Source: Polyangiales bacterium (GTDB lineage Bacteria > Myxococcota_A > Polyangia > Polyangiales > Houyiibacteriaceae). Taken from it: DNA of 64,000 nt. Shown piece after piece: positions 17,253-26,088 of the stretch; the first letter of the stretch is position 1, and the number at the start of each line of letters is the position of its first letter. The translations under genes and the position numbers were made by a program. Location of the stretch: the NCBI GenBank assembly GCA_035466435.1, contig DATIUW010000166.1, forward strand, positions 15,823 through 79,822, given 5' to 3'. The notes below the pieces were generated by a model. That model was not told the DNA's origin and made no database searches. It saw nothing but the letters and a program-made list of their open reading frames with translations.

Positions 17253-19642
17253 GGCTCGACCCCAGGGCCGCGGCCTCCATCCATCACGTCCCGAAACTCC
17301 TGGTCGAGCGCCTGCAGCTCGCGGGCCCGCTCGCGGGTGAGCGTGTCGACGCGCAGACGGCGCTCTTCGCGTTTCGCCCAAGCGAGGTCGACCTTTCCGA
17401 GATCTGCTCGAAGCACGAGCTCGTAGAAGCGATCGTGGATGCGGTTGAAGTTGAGATAGGCAATCGCGCCGACCACGTCGACAGTCTCGCCTTCGAGCGC
17501 GTCGAGCGCCTTGCGGTAGCGCACCAGATTGGCAGCCTCCTCGTTCACCACTGCCAACATGCCGGCCGTGCGCCTCGCAACCACGCTCTCGATCTCGGCA
17601 TCGCGCTGATCGAGCAGCCGCTCCACCGTCGCGATCCTCCGATGTGCACCGTCGTAGGCCGCGCCCGCGGTGCCCGCCAACTTCCTCTCTCGCTCGACCA
17701 AATCGATGAACTTCGAACGTTCTCGGTCGTCGGCCTCATACCGCTTGTCGCCGACGCCGACGTGGAGACGGCCGACTTCGAGGCGCCTACGGAGCGCGAC
17801 GAGGCGCTCTTCATACTCCAGGGCTTCCTTCTCGTGGACCTGCAATCGTCGTTGCAGCTCCTGACGGTCCACCCGCTCGGGGTCGACAGCCAGAAGGCCG
17901 GCGCGCGATGCTACGATGCGTGCTTCGAGGCCGAGGATCTCGACGCGCAGCGCATGCAGATCACGCTCCGCGGTCCGGTATTGCTCGATCCGTTCGAGGT
18001 CGCGGTCGATGAAGTCCTCCGTGTCGACCGGCATGTTGGAAACCGCTGCTTGCAGCTCCCGTCGCCTCGCACGCACCCGACTCACTTCTCCCTGCGGCTC
18101 TCCGAGGGCGCGCGCTTCGCTCTCGATCAATGCGCCTCGTAGTTGGGCAGCGCGGTTTCTGAGGCCGGTGGTTCGTTCACGCTGTCTGCGCAGGTCGGAA
18201 AACACGCTCACTCGGTTGGGGGCGCGCAGCACTGCGGTGATCCGCGCGGCGAGGTCCTCGGTCTCGCGAACTAGTTGCTTCGATTCGCTCAAATCAGAGA
18301 GGACTCCGAGGGCGCGCTCGTGATCTCCCTCGAGCTCGATCCATCGACGCGCGGATTCGGGGAGAAAGTCGTCGATGTCGAAGTGATCCAAGTTTTCACG
18401 CACCACGTTTCGAAAGTACGCTTGAAGATCGGCATGTTTCCGTCGGGTTTGAACGAGGTCGTTTCGGATGGGCAGAAAGGTGTCCCGCACTTCGTCGAAC
18501 ACGATTTCGGCCTCGTCATACCGGCCGGCCCGGGCGAGCAATTCTCCACGAAGGACCTTGCCGTCGGCATTGAGCGGACTGTCCGGGGCGGCGACCGACA
18601 GCACCTCGAGCGCGCGTTCGGCTTGCACCGCATCTCCCATTCTGATGTAGGTCCACGCGAGCTCGTAAAGGGCGCGGTCGAAGTGGGGCGAGGTGTTTCC
18701 TATGGCCTTGTACGCCTCGACGGCGCGTGGGAGTTGCTCGGTTTCGTAGTACAGGCGACCTAGCGCGAGGTGCGTCAGGTCGACGACTCGGCCTTCCTCG
18801 TCGTTCTGCGGTTCTTGTCCGAGGATGCCTCGAAAGGCGGCGATGGCATCGAGGTGCTCCCGTCGAAGTGTATGAATCGTGCCGACGAAGTACTTCGCTC
18901 GCAGTGAAAACTCCGTGCCGCTCGGAATGGCTAAGAACCCTTTGCGCGCCTGCTCTAGACGAGCCTGGTCGATGCTCGAAAGAGACTGGTCGGGAGGGGC
19001 ATTGAGCACCTCGTCCACGGGAACCGCCCGGTTGTAGAGATACTTCGCGCGAAAGTACGCCGTGCCGATCGAGAGCGTCGAGGAAGGCAGCGCCTCGAGC
19101 CGCGAGAAGTACTTGTCGATGTCACGAAAATCTCGAGTGTGAATCGCGATTTCGATCAGTCGCCGCAAGGAGGTCTGAAGGTATTCGGAGAACGCCGGTT
19201 CGCTGCTCCGTTCGATGATCTCCGCGTACCGCTTTCGGGCGCCCAAGTGGTCGCCCGCGAAAAAGAGCGACTCGCCGAGGAGAAACAGAGCTTCCGGATA
19301 CGCGGGATGGGTCCGGTGGTGCTCCACGATGTCAGTAAACAGAATGGCCGCTCGGATGTAGTCGCCCAGCCTCAGGTAGAGCTCGCCATCGGTGAGCCGC
19401 TCCTCTACGAACGTGTCGCTCCGGAGATCGTACGGCGGCACCGGAGTGGCCATCAGGCGTTGCGCGTCCGACTCGAGGTCCGCGAGCTCTCGGTCGGCTT
19501 GGTCGAGGCCCTGCGCCATGGCGGGCCGGATCGCAAAACCGCCAAGTAGACACGCGGAGAGTAACCCCGCCAAGATCCCGCGCGCTCGCCCCATGCCAAG
19601 TGTCGGTGTGGGCGGCGATGTTGTCGCCCCACGAGCTCGCAT
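17249..19642 (-). CDS. Secreted TPR plus long coiled-coil protein (GltC/NfsC-position)
   Basis: 797 aa. N-terminal hydrophobic signal (GILAGLLSACLLGGFAIRPAMAQG), a TPR-like N-half, and a heptad-rich, Arg/Glu-rich C-half. ATG 19642 shares one nucleotide with the upstream TAA (TAATG). Confidence 0.6.
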   Translation of the reverse strand: MRARGATTSPPTPTLGMGRARGILAGLLSACLLGGFAIRPAMAQGLDQADRELADLESDAQRLMATPVPPYDLRSDTFVEERLTDGELYLRLGDYIRAAILFTDIVEHHRTHPAYPEALFLLGESLFFAGDHLGARKRYAEIIERSSEPAFSEYLQTSLRRLIEIAIHTRDFRDIDKYFSRLEALPSSTLSIGTAYFRAKYLYNRAVPVDEVLNAPPDQSLSSIDQARLEQARKGFLAIPSGTEFSLRAKYFVGTIHTLRREHLDAIAAFRGILGQEPQNDEEGRVVDLTHLALGRLYYETEQLPRAVEAYKAIGNTSPHFDRALYELAWTYIRMGDAVQAERALEVLSVAAPDSPLNADGKVLRGELLARAGRYDEAEIVFDEVRDTFLPIRNDLVQTRRKHADLQAYFRNVVRENLDHFDIDDFLPESARRWIELEGDHERALGVLSDLSESKQLVRETEDLAARITAVLRAPNRVSVFSDLRRQRERTTGLRNRAAQLRGALIESEARALGEPQGEVSRVRARRRELQAAVSNMPVDTEDFIDRDLERIEQYRTAERDLHALRVEILGLEARIVASRAGLLAVDPERVDRQELQRRLQVHEKEALEYEERLVALRRRLEVGRLHVGVGDKRYEADDRERSKFIDLVERERKLAGTAGAAYDGAHRRIATVERLLDQRDAEIESVVARRTAGMLAVVNEEAANLVRYRKALDALEGETVDVVGAIAYLNFNRIHDRFYELVLRADLGKVDLAWAKREERRLRVDTLTRERARELQALDQEFRDVMDGGRGPGVEP

Positions 19643-20352
19643 TACCGATCGCCCTCACCGCTCAGCTCGGGCCGCGTCTGGCGCTCCACCCGTTCGATGT
19701 ATCGGATCGCCGGACGCTCTTCGAGCGGCGTCGCTGGTCCACCCTTTTCGTAGCCGACCACGTGTACCGTGGACACCCGGCCCTCCGGCACGGTGAAGGT
19801 GTACATCGATCGCACGTTGAATCGATATCCCTTCAGATATGCAAAGACGCCATAGCCATGACCTCGGTATTCCAGGTTCACCGTCAGCGTATGCTCGCCG
19901 GGGGCGATGCTTCCGTTGTAGACCTCGAACTCTTTCTGCTCGTCGAGGCTTCCTTCCTCGTCGGCTTTCGTGAAGATCGGCGCTCCATCGAGGGCATAGA
20001 CGATACGCACGAGCTTGTACGAGTCCGACATGCGGTTTTCGTGGACGATGACGGCCTGGCCTCCGCCGACCACGCCTTCGAGAACCGTCTCGGCGAGCAA
20101 CGCCAGCCTGGCTTTCGAGCGGAAGATCTGCTCCTTCAGCTCGTTGATCCGCTGCTCGAGGTCCCGAAGGCGCACCGCATAGGTTCCAGCATCGATGGTC
20201 GGCGCAGGTGCGGGACGCGCGGCTCCGCTCGGCGCGTCCGGGTTTTGGGCTTCCGGCTGGGTCGCGGCCGCTTCTTGGGCTTGAGCCCCGGCGACGACCG
20301 CCCCGCAGCCGATCCATGCGGCCACGACAAGGAGCGCAACTGTCCCGCGCAT
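19642..20352 (-). CDS. Secreted protein, coiled-coil plus beta-rich C-domain; first gene of the Glt-like operon
   Basis: 236 aa. Signal peptide MRGTVALLVVAAWIGCGAVVAGAQA, a short coiled coil (LRDLEQRINELKEQIFRSKARLALL), then a beta-strand-rich domain. No family recognised. Confidence 0.55.
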   Translation of the reverse strand: MRGTVALLVVAAWIGCGAVVAGAQAQEAAATQPEAQNPDAPSGAARPAPAPTIDAGTYAVRLRDLEQRINELKEQIFRSKARLALLAETVLEGVVGGGQAVIVHENRMSDSYKLVRIVYALDGAPIFTKADEEGSLDEQKEFEVYNGSIAPGEHTLTVNLEYRGHGYGVFAYLKGYRFNVRSMYTFTVPEGRVSTVHVVGYEKGGPATPLEERPAIRYIERVERQTRPELSGEGDR

Positions 20353-20572
20353 CGTGATTCCCCTCTAAGTGACCACCATTTGAAGCGAAATTGCCCCCCG
20401 GTGGTTTCCGCGCTTATACCGCAGCGTCCGAGGGTGGGTCAATTGAGCCCGGTTGGCCGCCAGGGGATCCCGAGGACGGAGAAGCCCTGGATTGTCCTTC
20501 ACTTGCGGTGGGCCGATCGAGTAGATCGTCCCCGAGTCTCAGACGTCGATCGATGTGTGGTGATCCGGCCGA

Positions 20573-21181
20573 TTGCGGTTGCTTGGAAGTTGGGAGCTCG
20601 GCTTGAGCGCACTCTCCGACGAGGCTTTGCTCGCTGCGTATCGCAGGGGCGACACGAGCGCCTTCGAGGCGCTGCTGGCACGCTACCGGCATCCGCTCTT
20701 CAATTTCGTCCTCAGGTTCGTGCGAGATCGCGGGCCGGCCGAGGAGCTGTACCAGGATACCTGGTTGAAGGTGATCGAGCGCTGCGACGATTTCCGTGGA
20801 GACTCGAAGTTCTCGACTTGGCTGTACACGATCGCCCGGAACCTGTGCGTGGACCACCAACGGAAGATGCGTTTTCGAGCGCACGCATCACTGGAGGCGC
20901 CAAATCCAGGACCCTCCCCGAGCGTCGGGGAACGCGCCGCAAACCCCGGCCCTTCCACCGAGCAGCTCGCTGCGGCCCGTCGGACCGGGGATCGCATCGT
21001 GCAGGCCGTTCAGGCGCTCCCCGACGAGCAGCGCGAGGTGTTCCTGCTACGTCAGATTCAGGCCTTGGCGTTCCACGAGATCGCCGAGATCGTCGGCGTG
21101 CCCGCCAACACCGTCAAGAGCCGCATGCGCTATGCCTTGGAGCGTTTGCGGCGGGAGCTGGATGACCTCCGAGACCCATGA
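20573..21181 (+). CDS. ECF-type RNA polymerase sigma factor
   Basis: LSDEALLAAYRRGDTSAFEALLARYRHPLFNFVLRFV...AEELYQDTWLKV (region 2) and VFLLRQIQALAFHEIAEIVGVPANTVKSRMRYALERLR (region 4 HTH). The true start may be the TTG at 20603. Confidence 0.9.
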   Translation: MRLLGSWELGLSALSDEALLAAYRRGDTSAFEALLARYRHPLFNFVLRFVRDRGPAEELYQDTWLKVIERCDDFRGDSKFSTWLYTIARNLCVDHQRKMRFRAHASLEAPNPGPSPSVGERAANPGPSTEQLAAARRTGDRIVQAVQALPDEQREVFLLRQIQALAFHEIAEIVGVPANTVKSRMRYALERLRRELDDLRDP

Positions 21182-22035
21182 GCTGTAACGATTGCCAGGA
21201 TCAGATCTTCGAGCTCATCGAACGCGAAGCGATCGATCCGGACGGGGTGCGCGCAATTCTCGAAGAGTGTCCAGAGTGCCGCCAGCTCTTCGACGAAATG
21301 AAGGACGGGTTGGCGCTTGCCGCGCATCTGCCTGGCGAAGAGCCGCCGGCTTCCATCGACGCGTCGCTCCTCCGGACGGCGGCGGCCCGTCAGCCGCGGC
21401 GAGGTGCGGCCGAAAAGCGCTGGTTGCAGGCGCCGCCTTGGGCGATGGCTGCCGTGGCGCTGCTGGTCGTCGGCATCGGAGTCTGGGTCGTGCCTCGCGC
21501 CGAGGAGACCGGACAGAGCGAGCCGGCAGCGGACGACCTGGTCCAAGCCGAGCTCAGACCAGCCCCCACCGAGGAACACGCCCCCATCTTGGGAGCTTGG
21601 GCCAGTGCCTCGGGCACCGTTTCCGCACCGGTTGCTTTGACCGAAGCGGAGGTCGGTGCCGTAGGCCGCCCAACGAAGCTCGCACGTCCCGAGCCGAGCG
21701 TACGCGCGAAGCAGCGTGCGAAGCCGTCGGCGGACGAGGGGAGCTCGGAGGGGGCCTCCGCAGGTCCCGTGGCGGGATTGATGGCCGAAGAGGCGCCGGC
21801 AGCGTCACGGCGCATCGTGTCCGCCGAATGCGCCGCCCGTATCGCTCGAGTCGAGGAGCGGAACCTAGATAGCGCGGACGCGGAGGTCGAGCGGGAGGAG
21901 GCCCTCGCCATCGGGCGATGTTATCGAGCTGCTGGCAACGCGCGTGCCGCCCGGGCCTGGCTCCAACGGGCAGCAGCTCACCCCGAGACTCAGTCTCGCG
22001 CGCGACGTGCGCTCCGTGGGCTCGCGGATCAATGA
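21178..22035 (+). CDS. Anti-sigma factor (zf-HC2 type), single-pass membrane protein
   Basis: N-terminal CNDCQDQ...CPECRQL zinc-finger-like motif and TM helix WAMAAVALLVVGIGVWVV. ATGA overlap with the ECF sigma gene at 21178-21181. Confidence 0.75.
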   Translation: MSCNDCQDQIFELIEREAIDPDGVRAILEECPECRQLFDEMKDGLALAAHLPGEEPPASIDASLLRTAAARQPRRGAAEKRWLQAPPWAMAAVALLVVGIGVWVVPRAEETGQSEPAADDLVQAELRPAPTEEHAPILGAWASASGTVSAPVALTEAEVGAVGRPTKLARPEPSVRAKQRAKPSADEGSSEGASAGPVAGLMAEEAPAASRRIVSAECAARIARVEERNLDSADAEVEREEALAIGRCYRAAGNARAARAWLQRAAAHPETQSRARRALRGLADQ

Positions 22036-22051
22036 AGCGGAAGAGGGGCGT

Positions 22052-22870
22052 TCAGGGGAGCCATCGCCGCAGTAGCGCCCGCCAGGAAAACGGCGCCGCG
22101 CCCCGGGTCGCCGGTCGCTCGCGTGCCCGGATGGAGGCGAGCGCGTCGGCGATGCCATGAACGACGTGCAGCTCGTTCAACTCGATGTTCGCCTTCGCTG
22201 CAGCCGCCCGCCAATTCGCATCGAGACCGCTGAAGAAGCACACACCGCCGAGCATGCGCGCCACCTCGTCTGCTGAAAGCACCGCGGAGGCCCTCGCGGC
22301 GTTGGGCTCCCCGAGTTGAGTGAAATCGACGATCGCGTTTTCCGCGCCGGTCTCGAGCATCATGCGGCCGAGCGCATCGACGCACTCGGCCAGAACTTCG
22401 GGATCGTGTACCCCCGAAACCAAGAGCGCGACGACGCCCTCCTCGATACGCAGTGGTTTCAGAGGATCGGCCGCGCGTTCTTCTGCTACTTCGGCAACCC
22501 GCTCCTCGCGTCCCATGACGAAGCCTTCTACGACTGCAGCGACCGCGCGCCGGGCAAAGGTTTCGCCCCAACGCCCGTCGGATCCGTTCGTAGCGCGAAG
22601 CGCGAGCTCCACGACCTGCAACGCCGCGGTAGGCGTGAGGTCGAGCAGGGCCAAGCGCCGGCCGAGCAACGTCAAAACCGTGAAGCACTCGCGAAACGCG
22701 AACGAGTCCAAGTCCCACCGCGCCTGATCTGCCTCGGGAAGCTCTTCGAGCAGAGGTAAGACGGGGGCCGTTTCCCGGGCGATTTCCTGCAGGGTGACAC
22801 GGCCGATCGCTGGTCGTGTTTGCTCGAGAAGAGCCTCGAAACGCTCGATGACGGCAGCTCGCTCGGTCAC
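22052..22870 (-). CDS. STAS-domain protein (RsbR-like architecture)
   Basis: 272 aa. The C-terminal half (VVALLVSGVHDPEVLAECVDALGRMMLETGAENAIVDFTQL...LSADEVARML) looks like a STAS / anti-sigma-antagonist fold. The N-half is helical and uncharacterised. Chosen over the Arg-rich overlapping frame 22029-22889. Confidence 0.5.
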   Translation of the reverse strand: MTERAAVIERFEALLEQTRPAIGRVTLQEIARETAPVLPLLEELPEADQARWDLDSFAFRECFTVLTLLGRRLALLDLTPTAALQVVELALRATNGSDGRWGETFARRAVAAVVEGFVMGREERVAEVAEERAADPLKPLRIEEGVVALLVSGVHDPEVLAECVDALGRMMLETGAENAIVDFTQLGEPNAARASAVLSADEVARMLGGVCFFSGLDANWRAAAAKANIELNELHVVHGIADALASIRARERPATRGAAPFSWRALLRRWLP

Positions 22871-22931
22871 GATCGGCTGACTCTATCACTCTTTCCGGCT
22901 TGCCGAATCGATCGTGATATAAGCTCGGTTT

Positions 22932-24332
22932 ATGAGCGCCACGGTCCTCGTCGTCGATGACGAAAGAAACATCCGCCGAACTTTGCGGATGGTCCTAGAG
23001 GGCTCGGGCTTCAATACCCTGGAAGCAGGCTCGGCGGAGCAGTGTCTCGAGACGCTGCGAGAGAACGAGGTCGACCTCGTCATTTTGGACGTTCGTCTTC
23101 CCAAGATGAGCGGCATCGAGGCGCTACAGAAGATTCGAAGTGAGCCGGAGACGCGAAAGCTTCCCGTCCTGATGGTATCCGGCCATGCCTCCGTAGCGGA
23201 GGCCGTCCAAGCAGTGCAGCTCGGCGCGACGGACTTCTTCGAGAAGCCGCTCGATCGCGATCGAGTGTTGGTCACCGTGCGCAACGCGCTCAAGACTTGG
23301 CAGTTGCAGCGCGAGGTGGAGCAGCTTCGTGCGGACGTCGAGCAGCGTTACGAGATGATTGGGGAGAGCTCAGCGATGCGCGACCTCTTTGCGCAGCTCG
23401 AGAAGGTCGCACCGACCAGCGGTCGAGTTCTCATCTCAGGCGAGAGCGGAACGGGCAAGGAGCTCGTCGCGCGTGCCATTCATCGCTTGAGCCCACGCGC
23501 GGGCAAGCCCTTCGTCAAAGTAAACTGTGCCGCGATTCCCGCAGAGCTGATCGAGAGCGAGCTCTTCGGCTATGAACGAGGCGCATTCACGGGGGCTCAA
23601 GGCCGAAAGAAGGGCATGTTCGAGCTGGCGAACGGAGGCACGCTGTTCCTAGACGAGATCGGCGACATGAGCGCCAGCGCCCAAGCCAAGGTGCTGCGCG
23701 CACTTCAAAGTGGCGAAATCTCTCGCGTCGGCAGCGAGAAAACGATCGCCGTCGACGTGCGCGTGCTCGCTGCGACCAACAAGGACCTGGAGCTCGAGGT
23801 CAAAGAGGGGCGGTTCCGCGAAGATCTTTATTTCCGCCTCAACGTCGTTCCCATCGTCAGCCCGCCGTTGCGCGATCGCAGCGAAGACATTCCACTGCTC
23901 GCCAAGGGCTTCCTCCGCGAGTTCTGCGAGGCCAACGGGCTTCGCGAAAAACCCATCGACGAGGACGTTCTCGAGGCGCTCGCAGAACGTCCCTGGCCGG
24001 GCAACGTGCGAGAGCTCCGCAACGTCGTGGAGCGCATGGCGATCTTGAGCGGTGATCGGATTACGCTGGACGATCTTCCCGAGGAAGGGGTCTTGAGCGA
24101 GGGCCGCCGTGAGTCCGCTCCGCCCTCCACGGTGCCGCCGTCGGCGCTCGGCAAGCCCGGGGAACGCCCGACTTTGCGCGAATATCGAAGTCACGTCGAG
24201 AAGGAATACATTCTTCAGACGCTCGATGAGGTCGGTTGGAACATCTCGAGAGCGGCCAACATTCTCGGCGTCGAACGGACCAACTTGCACAAGAAAATGC
24301 GCAGTTATGGTATTCGTCGGGAGGAGACATGA
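22932..24332 (+). CDS. Sigma54-dependent response regulator (NtrC family)
   Basis: Receiver domain (VLVVDDE...DLVILDVRLP), AAA+ domain ([21 protein letters not shown] loop in ERGAFTGAQ, LFLDEIGDM) and a C-terminal Fis-type HTH (NISRAANILGVERTNLHKKMR). Confidence 0.9.
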   Translation: MSATVLVVDDERNIRRTLRMVLEGSGFNTLEAGSAEQCLETLRENEVDLVILDVRLPKMSGIEALQKIRSEPETRKLPVLMVSGHASVAEAVQAVQLGATDFFEKPLDRDRVLVTVRNALKTWQLQREVEQLRADVEQRYEMIGESSAMRDLFAQLEKVAPTSGRVLISGESGTGKELVARAIHRLSPRAGKPFVKVNCAAIPAELIESELFGYERGAFTGAQGRKKGMFELANGGTLFLDEIGDMSASAQAKVLRALQSGEISRVGSEKTIAVDVRVLAATNKDLELEVKEGRFREDLYFRLNVVPIVSPPLRDRSEDIPLLAKGFLREFCEANGLREKPIDEDVLEALAERPWPGNVRELRNVVERMAILSGDRITLDDLPEEGVLSEGRRESAPPSTVPPSALGKPGERPTLREYRSHVEKEYILQTLDEVGWNISRAANILGVERTNLHKKMRSYGIRREET

Positions 24333-24673
24333 TCCGTCGATCGATCAGGCTGGTGTGGATGGGTGCAGTCTTGGCGTTTCTGGCCTACGTGCTGTTCTTC
24401 GTCCCGTTGGGTGAGCGTTCCGCGTTTCAGCACCTGATGCGCGTCGTCAACACCGACGAAGCGCAGGAGCTCGGCCGTGAGGTAGGCGCGGCGACGGAGC
24501 GAATCGCCAAGCAGATCGGCGAGCAAGTTCACGATGCGACGAAGCGCGTGGAAGAAGATGCCGGCGCGTCACAGGTACCGGAGGCGGTGGCCGACCAGCT
24601 CCAAGGCATCGTGGGCCATTCCTACGAGCGCGAGCAGCGGATCGAGGGCGCGAGGCAACGCGAATCCGAATGA
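24329..24673 (+). CDS. Small single-pass membrane protein, unknown function
   Basis: ATG 24329 overlaps the NtrC stop (ATGA). MIRRSIRLVWMGAVLAFLAYVLFFVPL TM helix followed by a charged helical tail; 114 aa. Confidence 0.5.
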   Translation: MIRRSIRLVWMGAVLAFLAYVLFFVPLGERSAFQHLMRVVNTDEAQELGREVGAATERIAKQIGEQVHDATKRVEEDAGASQVPEAVADQLQGIVGHSYEREQRIEGARQRESE

Positions 24674-24678
24674 GCCCG

Positions 24679-26025
24679 TCACGGCCATTCGAGCTGTAAG
24701 CGCTTCATCTTGCGCCACAAGGTGGTGGGGCTCAGCCCGAGCAGCTCCGCTGCCCGCTCCTTGTTGCCGTCTGCTTGTCGCAACGCGCGGATGATGGCGT
24801 TTCGCTCGACTTCCTTCACGATGTCGGCCAGGGACTGACTCTCCAGGCGAGGACCTCCGGTGCCGTTCGAGTTGGGCATGATGTCCGAGAGGTGAACTTG
24901 ACCGTCTTGCGCCAGTGCGACGCCCTGCTCGATGAGATTCTCGAGCTCGCGGATGTTGCCGGGGAAATCATAGGCCATGAGATGGTCCATCACACCCGGA
25001 CCGAGCTTGGCCTTTCTGGCCATCTTGCGACCGTACTTCTCGAGGAAGCTGTCGACGATGGGCGGAATGTCCGTTTTGCGCTCTCGAAGAGGCGGTAGCT
25101 CGAAGCGCGCGACGTTGAGGCGGTAGTAGAGGTCTTCCCGGAATCGCTTGTCTTCGATGAGCTGACGCAAGTTCTGATTGGTGGCGGCGATGATCCGCGC
25201 GTCGACGTTGATCGCCTTGTTGTCGCCCAGCCTTCGAATCTCGCCTTCTTGAATGGCCCGAAGGAGCTTTGCTTGGAGCGAGGGAGGCGTTTCAGCGATT
25301 TCATCGAAGAAAAACGTGCCGCCATTGGCTTCCTCGAAGAGGCCCTTGCGGGTTTGTACGGCGCCCGTGAAAGCGCCGCGAACGTGTCCGAAAAGCTCGC
25401 TTTCGAGCAGCGTCTCGGTCAGCGCTGCGCAATTGATCGAAACGAATGGACGTTCCGCCCGCAAGGAGTTTGCATGAATCGCGCGGGCCACCAGCTCCTT
25501 GCCCGTACCGCTCTCGCCGGTGATCAATACGGTCGCATCCGTCGGCGCGATGCGCACGATTCGTCCCAGGACGTCCCGGATTTCGGGGGATTGTCCGATG
25601 ATGTTCCCGAAGTTGTACTTCTCGCGGAAGTCGCTCGCGATTGCGTGCGGCCCGCCGTCGGGCGATTGCCTGCGCGAGGCCCGGGCCACTTTGACGAGAA
25701 GCTCTTCTTCGACGAACGGCTTCTGGACGAAGTCGTGCGCGCCAAACCGCATGGCCTCGACCGCGTCTTCGATCGTTCCGAAGGCAGTCATGACGATGAC
25801 CTCGGTCTGAGGCGACGTCTCTCTCGTGTGCTGCAGGACATCGAGCCCTCCGATGTCGCCCATGCGCAGGTCGGTGATCACCAGGTCGTAGGCATTGCTC
25901 GCGACCATGGTGCACGCGTTCTCCCCATTCGAGGCTTGGTCGACGTCGTAACCCTCGGCTTGCAGCATTTCACACAGCAGGCTTCGCGCACTGTCATGGT
26001 CGTCGACGATGAGAATCCTGGCCAT
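24679..26025 (-). CDS. Sigma54-dependent response regulator (NtrC family)
   Basis: [11 protein letters not shown]...DLVITDLRM receiver, [15 protein letters not shown] Walker [16 protein letters not shown] loop and the [22 protein letters not shown]. Start ATG 26025 chosen; the longest ORF starts at 26082. Confidence 0.9.
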   Translation of the reverse strand: MARILIVDDHDSARSLLCEMLQAEGYDVDQASNGENACTMVASNAYDLVITDLRMGDIGGLDVLQHTRETSPQTEVIVMTAFGTIEDAVEAMRFGAHDFVQKPFVEEELLVKVARASRRQSPDGGPHAIASDFREKYNFGNIIGQSPEIRDVLGRIVRIAPTDATVLITGESGTGKELVARAIHANSLRAERPFVSINCAALTETLLESELFGHVRGAFTGAVQTRKGLFEEANGGTFFFDEIAETPPSLQAKLLRAIQEGEIRRLGDNKAINVDARIIAATNQNLRQLIEDKRFREDLYYRLNVARFELPPLRERKTDIPPIVDSFLEKYGRKMARKAKLGPGVMDHLMAYDFPGNIRELENLIEQGVALAQDGQVHLSDIMPNSNGTGGPRLESQSLADIVKEVERNAIIRALRQADGNKERAAELLGLSPTTLWRKMKRLQLEWP

Positions 26026-26088
26026 CCCCCAAACGGCTCCGTCAGACGAAGACCTTACCGCAATTCCGCCCGCGGCGCTCACCCCGGC

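Noticed and set aside
13410-17381. Long form (1323 aa) of the GltD-like ORF, and likewise the long forms of the ORFs at 10419-12119, 7773-8492, 8354-9766 and 38701-39570.
   Set aside because: The N-terminal extensions are Arg-rich and overlap the upstream gene. The internal starts create canonical signal peptides and 1-4 nt stop/start overlaps.
19600-21165. 521-aa plus-strand ORF spanning the Glt-like first gene, the intergenic region and the ECF sigma gene.
   Set aside because: Its composition is Arg-rich junk. It runs through an obvious divergent promoter region and is out of frame with the well-supported ECF sigma ORF.
22029-22889. 286-aa minus-strand ORF overlapping the STAS-protein ORF in another frame.
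   Set aside because: It is extremely Arg/Gly-rich (RGRSGAVGLG..., RRRLRHGTRGAG...). The 22052-22870 frame gives a balanced, foldable sequence with a STAS-like C-terminus.
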